Origin: Podarcis erhardii
Taxonomy: Eukaryota
Length of the DNA stretch: 64,000 bases
Direction: 5' to 3' (one strand)
Assembly (NCBI GenBank): GCA_964252035.1
Contig: OZ176212.1
Under the pieces are notes generated by a model. The model made no database searches. It was given only the letters and a program-made list of their open reading frames with translations, and was not told the origin of the DNA. The translations under genes and the position numbers were made by a program. Positions 33,001 through 64,000 of the stretch are shown piece by piece (the stretch's first letter is position 1; each line of letters opens with the position of its first letter).

Positions 33001-36000
33001 AGAGTCTGTCTTATGTACGTCTCATGACTACAGGCCTTTCCATGGGCTTAACATATGTGACAGGGTATGCAAAACTAAATCACCTCAGTAGTCTGGACAA
33101 ATGCAATATTTTCTTCCGGCCGGCGAAGGGCATTTGTTAAGGTAACTGAACTCCTTCCAATTCTTTCTTAAAATAGTTTTCTAATGGTTGCAGCAAAATC
33201 TCTGGAAATGACTGCATTGTGTTCTCAAAGCATTATTTTCTGTCATGCTGTTGTGGTAGAATACAACCCCTAGGGCTTGCTTCTGAGTTACCCACAGGTT
33301 ACTCCGTAAGCCCTGTATTCTTCCAGCACAGAAGGAATTGGTCGTGCGGGGGAGAAGACCCCCTGGAATGAAAGCATCCTAGAACCTCTGAAAGGAAAGA
33401 GGCCAGGGCAGGGTATTTCATAATATTTAGGAAAGAGACTTTAAGGCTGGAGTCCATTTACCTGGAGTAAGCCCCATTGAATTCAGAAGGGCTTAGGTCT
33501 AAGTAGGCGTGTAGGATGGCACTGTATGATTTGTAACCCTGTATACTTAATTGAGATGAACCCCATTGAGCACTGTAGGAGTTGCTTCTGAGTAAACATT
33601 CAAAGGATTGTGCTGCCTGGGAAGCAAGGACTAGGAAGCAGTAACAGAACAGAGATGTGCTTCTGTGGACCCAGGATGCTGTAGCTTTGCTGAAGCTAAG
33701 CAGGTCTGGGCCTGGTTAGTTCCTGGATGGCAGGAGTGCCTGGGGACTTGAGTTCCATGATGGAAAAAAGACAGGATATACATCTATTCAATATAGAAAT
33801 TGCTGCCATAATTTTTAATAAGCACTTTATAATCCTTGTAGTTGCAGTGCAAAGCCAGCAAAGATGAAGAGGGCAGCAACAGGTGAAGGGCAGCTCTTCT
33901 GCTGTTTTGTGGCTGGAGCTTTAATGCGTTTCCTAGGTTTCTATCAAGAGGGTACAGTATCCAAATGGGCCACGTGTGAATATTTTGGAGGCTTAAGTAA
34001 GGAGAAGGAATCAGAAGCCCTTTGTAGAGGTGCAGCGGCCTCCCTTGAGTAAGTTCAATAAACTGGACCAGAGTTTGTCCTTTCTTTCATTTTGTGATAG
34101 TATTTCATTGCTCATTGGTGGTATTTGGCACAAGGTGCTGTCTAAAAGCATTTACTGGGCCAGTGAAGAAAGAAAGAAAACCCACAACTTTCTTCTCTGC
34201 CACTACCACAAAGGACAGTGGCTAACATTTGGAGATTGGGAGCAGTCCAGACGTTGTGGCTTCCAGTGTTGCAGGCATGTGATCTTTAGGCCTCTTGATT
34301 TTGGGTGTATGGAAAGATCCACACGGTCCACAACTGTGGCACTATCCCGTTTTCAAATACTTAAAGCCCACCTGTGGGTATTGGATAATTCTGCCCCCTT
34401 CCTCTCTAGGTTCAGATGGCTCTTCCTTACTCCATATCCCCACCGCTGATGATGTTTTGCAATAGGGAGAATCTGATGGAGTTTATATGTTCTTCGCTTT
34501 TTAATGGGACTTCAGCAGCCTAATGCTACCGTCTCCTAGTGTATCTGTTTTCACCTGCAATTTAATGACTTTATGTTTGTGGAAAGTCTGCCTTAGGATT
34601 TTACATTTCACTGTTGCCAAGTGTCTGCTGTCATAAGTTACCTAGCTTTAATTGCCAAGTTAGGCCTGAGGCCTCCTGACCACTTCTCTTAAGACTTTCC
34701 CCTAACCAGCTTTCACTGTATATTGTTTCACTGATTAAACCCAGAATAATCAGGCTGTTCTTTTAGTTCTTCTGTTTACTTTAATCTCTGTATCTTAAAG
34801 AATGCAGTGTAAACAGCTCAATGCTTGATATATTTCAGGTGGTAAAATAGAGTAGAAGCAACCTCACCAATTTTGGCTTTCCAAGCACACATAACAATCC
34901 CAGCAGCTTTTGAGGAAAAACCCTTATTAGTAGATGGGGTACAGTGGCAATCACTTGGGGTGGACATTGGTATACTAGGTAATGCATTTTTGTTCCTTTT
35001 TCCTGCACAGTTGAGCCCATCATTGTCAACCTACTTAGCATGTTGGCATCCCCAGCTAAATAAATAAGCTTGTTGCTACTCCCTGTCAGAAATCTGGTAC
35101 CCCTCTTTGCCATCCAGGCATATGAGGTGCATTTTCTTCAGGAGATCCTCAAGTTACATCCTCAGTTTGTGAAAATGAACAGAAGAATTCAGGATCACTA
35201 TCTGCAGTTCTCTAAATTGTAGTAGCTGGAAAGCCATTAAGGTCAAGGGTCCATCTCCCAGCCTTTGGATAGACACTTAATTTTTTACAACATGTCCGTC
35301 CACCCACCCTTGGCAAATGTCATTCTGGGTAGCGTGTTCTGCAAGCAGATTGTTGAAACTGGCAGCAGGTCCTGTGTCAGAGCTTCCTGACTAATTTTCA
35401 TAACTCACTGTAGCTGGATTGAGCAAGTGAGCCAAAGCACATGCTATAGAAAAAGCAAGGTGTATTGTTTGTCCTGGGTGGTTAACTCCTTTCCAAATGT
35501 GCTTATCCGGTACAGCAGGGATGAGGAACCTTTTTTAGCCCAGTGGCTGCTTTCCCTTCTAGGCAGCCTTCTGAGGGTCACATGCTGGTGGTGCACAGGG
35601 ACGGAGGCAAAAGCGGGCAGAACAACCTTTGAACAGTAGGTTAGTTTCTACGAAAAACTCACACTCCCCTTTCTCTTTCTGCCATCCAGGCAAGCAAGAG
35701 GCATTATCAGAGTTCAAAGACACCTTCCAGCCGGGCAGAAACACACAGGCAGTCAAGCAGGGCCAGTGAGAGCTGTTGCCTGGGGAGAGGGTAATGCCTG
35801 GGGAAAGTTCTGAGGGCCAGATTGAGGGGCCTGAGGTTCCCCACCCCTGTGTTACACTCTGCAGTTGAGAAGAAATCCTTAAGCCTGCCTTCAGGAGTGC
35901 TCTTAACCCTCTAGCACAGGTCCTTTTTAATAGTTATATTACAATAATTAAAGATTATATATTCTTTTTGTGTTTATTGGAAGTGTCTTGTGCATTCATG

Positions 36001-37405
36001 TAAGTGCCATGAGAACTACTGGGAAAGTGGCATAGAAGTATGTTGGCAAATGGTAACTGCTGCTTTCTGTGTCTAATTGCAGCCTCCCAAAGCTTCAGCA
36101 GAAGCAGCAAAATCTTGCACGACTCTTTAAGAGTCACAGGCCTATAAACTGGTTCCACTTTTAGTCTGCACATCTTGGGTCAAGTGTGACTTCCAGACCT
36201 GCTGATGATGACGACCTGAAAGCAGGTCTACTGTTCCATGTTGGGTGAGAGCCTGATCTACTTTTGCAGATCCTTTTTGCAGACGATACAGCTTATGCTG
36301 CAGGGGGCATTTCTTTGTGTGTAAGGAGTAGCCCTAGATGACTTCTCTGAATTCATTGTATAACCCTGTTCCGTTGACTTTAGCCTGGAACCTGAAGACC
36401 AAACTTGAGAGGTTAAATTCTGTGCACTGCTTAGTGAAGTGAGGTACAGCAGAAGGATGCCTTCCCACCCGCATTACTGCTGCCAGGCTGGCCTTGTGAT
36501 TTGCCTTTTTGCTTTGGATTGTTCCGTGGGAAGCAACTGAACAATGCAAGGATTTCCTCTCGCTGACATGGCCTCCCTGCAGGCTCTTGATTTCCTTGTT
36601 TTTCTGTTCATTGGGTGGAGGAGGGGAATTGGTTCAATGAGCTCTGCCCATCCCAGAAGGTGAAGAGGTACCCCAAGAAACTTCTTTTGGCAAACGGAGT
36701 TTAGATGCAGGTTGGTGCCCCTCAAAAGGCAAAGGCCATGGGCCTTGTTTTTCTAATGTTCATCTAGCCAGCCTGGCCTGACCCATTCCCATAAGCAAAG
36801 ACTCCAGGGGGTTACATCCAGCTGACTAATGTCAAGGGCAAGGAATGGATCCACAGTCCAGACATACAAGATGTTTTAGCCTATATGAATACCCTGCTGG
36901 TTCATTCAGCTGATGGAGGCCTGCAAAGGATCACTGTGGAGTTTTGCAGCCTTCAGAGGTGGTATTGGGGGGGGGGAGTAGCTGGTGCCAACTTTTACAG
37001 ACCTCTTTCTTGCCTTTTGTGTTGCGCAAAGATGAAGAGTGCCCAGCCTGCCAGGGTGTGATTAGCAATAAGGTCAGAATAGTGGCTTATACCTGCATTA
37101 AGCATAGACTCCAAAATAGTGAGGTTCCCCCTCTGGAAAGTAGGGTAACCATGTTGGGAGTGTCTTCCTTGGGCCAGGGTGGGAAGCAGCATGGCAGTCC
37201 ACTGCAAGCAGCAAACACATTCTCCTGCTGAAGGATCTCTTCCAGGGAATTTAGGTTGGTATGTCTGGAAATTTGAGTTGTTTGATGTAGGGTTCAGAGC
37301 TAGAGTCTAGGCTGCCTGGATTTGTCTCTGTTCTCTTATAGAAGCTTCAGCCTCTTGTACGCTATATAATGCCACATCAAGAAGTATGGGTCATCTTGCC
37401 ATAGA

Positions 37406-37433
<28 letters not shown>
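37406..37433. repeat. (ATTG)7 microsatellite, tail of an inverted SINE/LINE 3' end
   Basis: Directly visible; followed by a retroelement-tail-like sequence to about 37540. Confidence 0.85.
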
Positions 37434-37436
<3 letters not shown>

Positions 37437-37849
37437 TAGAGCACTTGTACCCCACTCTTCAACCTAAAAGTCTCCTGGAGTGGCTTGCATACAATAGCTT
37501 GCAAGACAGCCCCTGCCTGCAGGCTTACAATCTGAAATGTATTTCTGCTCTTTCCTCCCCTTTTTTTTACTTCTATGCCACCTGCATCTTTTAGTCTTAA
37601 ATACCTTGATTAAAATAAACTCCATAGATGTACCAATTGGGGCAGTGTGTTGCAGGTAAAACATTTCAACGTAGTGACATGCAACTGTTTCATATGTGGA
37701 TGGTTAGCTTTTAACATAAAATTGTATGATGGAGGTGACATTTTCCCAGTGGTGAATAGTTCTGAGCACCTCTTTGAGGACTAATAAGGAGTAAGCAACT
37801 TCTCTACTGTCCATGCTTCCTGTGTACAGGGTTATTGGTCTCTGGGCCC

Positions 37850-38310
37850 AGTTCAGGGTGATCACATTAGTGAGCCCTAAAAAGCTCAGGCCCCAAATAT
37901 CTGAAAGACTGCCTCCACCCCTTCCAAAGTTGTTGGGTGTTAAGATCGACTGAGGGGGCTCCCTTGGTATCCTCATCCTCAGAAGTGTGGGGAAGAGTGG
38001 CCCAGGAGAGGCCTTTCTTTGTGGCAGCCTCTAAATTGTGGGACTCCCTCCCCACAGAGTTGTGTGCAACATCTTCATTGGACAGCTTTCACTGTATGTA
38101 AAATACACACCTCTTTGCCCTGGCCTTTGTTTTTTGGGGACTGAACTTTTGTTGGATTTATACTGTTCTGTTCCATTCAGAGAGGATTTACTACATTATT
38201 ATCATTGCAATGGTCTTAACTGTTTTTATAACCGTATATTATAATATTGTAACCCACCCTGGAACCTGTTGGAAAAGGGCAGGTATAAAATCTTAGAAAT
38301 AAATAAATTA
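37850..38310 (+). mobile_element. L2-type LINE 3' fragment
   Basis: GAGAGGCCTTTCTTTGTGGCAGCCTCTAAATTGTGGGACTCCCTCCCC motif and tail GGGCAGGTATAAAATC...AATAAATAAAT. An inverted relative lies at about 51320-51632. Confidence 0.5.
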
Positions 38311-39746
38311 CCTAGTCCACTTCTCCTGTACCAAGCCCAGTAAAATCTCAGGCAAGCCTCTCAAAAGTCTCATTTGCTACATGTCCCATAATTCCCTTCA
38401 GCCCCTCACAACTGACTGACCTCAGTTTACCCAAGTGGGGAACCTGTGGCCTTCAAGATGGTGGTGGACTATTTAACTTGCATTATTTCTAACCATTGGC
38501 TTATTCTGATAGGGGTTTGAATGCCTACAACCTCTGGAGGTCCACGTGTTCTCCATCCATCCCTGCTCTAGAAAAACTTGTTAAGGAAAGCATCACAATA
38601 TAGCCAAATCACAAAAGCAACCTTGGAAGGGTTGGACTTGATTATTTCTTTTTGGTTTTGTTTATACATCCTTGGGAGTAATTGCCACCGAAGAAGTAGT
38701 CTTTAAAGAAGATCTTATTAATTTCTTCCTCCTCCCTAACTTGACTGTCAACAAGAGCAGAAGGGAAACTAAAGCAAGAAAGAAGTTTATTAAGCTGAGG
38801 CAATTCTTGGTGAGAATGTGGCTGCTGTACATGCAGGTCTTTGCCCACTGCAGGGGGAAGGTGGCACTGCGCATGCAAGTCCGTGGAGCTGGAGCATGTT
38901 CAGTCCTTCCACACTGAAGAGGGAAAACCAGCAAGAACCTTCATCCTGTCATAGAAGGAGCAAGTCATGGAGGTTATTTTAGTTGGGAAAGCAGCAGAGA
39001 CAAGTGTGCTCTGAGTCAGAGTGTATTGTATCTCAGGGAGATACTCCTGAGTTTTCTTAGGAAGAATTGGAGCCTGTAATTTATTTTATAAAAGAAATTT
39101 GCTTGCCAGGGTATATTGTGGTTAGAGCAGAAAAGTTGGAAAACTTAGTGATAAGCAAAGTTTTGGGTGAATGCAGTTCCCCAATTCAGTACATTTTCAG
39201 TTCCCAATTGAATGCTGCTGCTAGTGCAGCAGGAGCGCAACATGAAGAAGAGAAACAGCTATATCTTCTCTGATCTCTATGAAGTCTTACCCCATTTGCT
39301 GGCATTGGTTCCCCCCTTCCAAATTCTTCTCCTTGATTACCATTCTATACCACTTCTCTTATTTTTGTGGGTGGGAACTTGCGACTCCTGGATTCTCTTT
39401 TGAAGGATGTCCTGTATGAGCAGTGACTAGATTGGATGCAGCTGTGGAAGATTCCCCATCCTGGCTGATTTAGCAAAAGAATGGGCCTTTTGTAGGGAGT
39501 CTGATATATTTTTATTACCTGCCTTTCTTCCACTAAGGAACTCAAGGCAACCTACATGAGGTCCTTAAATGCCCCTCCCCCGGTCCAGTCCCCTCACTGA
39601 TCAGGCCTAGATATGTTTAGCTTCAGGAAGGTAGCCTCATTGTGTGTCCTATCAGACCATGTCTTACCCTTGGTGAGCTTGCTAACCTCTGTTTCCCCAC
39701 CTTAGGAGAAGGGCAAAGGTGAAGCCCAGCCTCCTCCACGGCCGCC

Positions 39747-64000
<24,254 letters not shown>

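Noticed and set aside
36195-36229. Hairpin AGACCTGC...GCAGGTCT enclosing CTGATGA and GAAA (hammerhead core words; also resembles SECIS or a C/D box)
   Set aside because: No stem II between CUGAUGA and GAAA and no workable stem I/III. The helix is too short for SECIS, and C/D box spacing is too short for a snoRNA.

Overview
Vertebrate genomic DNA. The repeat families look squamate, most like a lacertid lizard (inference). The window is the counterpart of the human 16p11.2 KCTD13-TMEM219-TAOK2 block, and every gene found is on the + strand. In order: (1) the last two coding exons of KCTD13; (2) a compact 4-exon, 344-aa paralogue of NUFIP2, invisible as a whole in the ORF track and reconstructed here from splice sites; (3) a CpG-island promoter with a non-coding first exon, followed by an intact single-exon 451-aa PIF/Harbinger transposase-derived ORF with its own polyA signal and no visible TIRs, which appears to sit inside the 5'-UTR intron of TMEM219; (4) TMEM219 (5 coding exons, 243 aa); (5) almost all of TAOK2, with both the membrane-anchored alpha terminal exon (predicted 1349 aa) and the spliced beta exons, which run off the window end. 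Introns carry many hAT, Tc1/mariner and probable Harbinger-type MITEs, SINEs and LINE fragments. The best novelty candidates are the Harbinger-derived gene apparently sharing a promoter with TMEM219 and the NUFIP2 paralogue, which has no known human counterpart at this locus. No rRNA, true tRNA or CRISPR array is supported. Comparisons with human proteins are from memory, not from a search.
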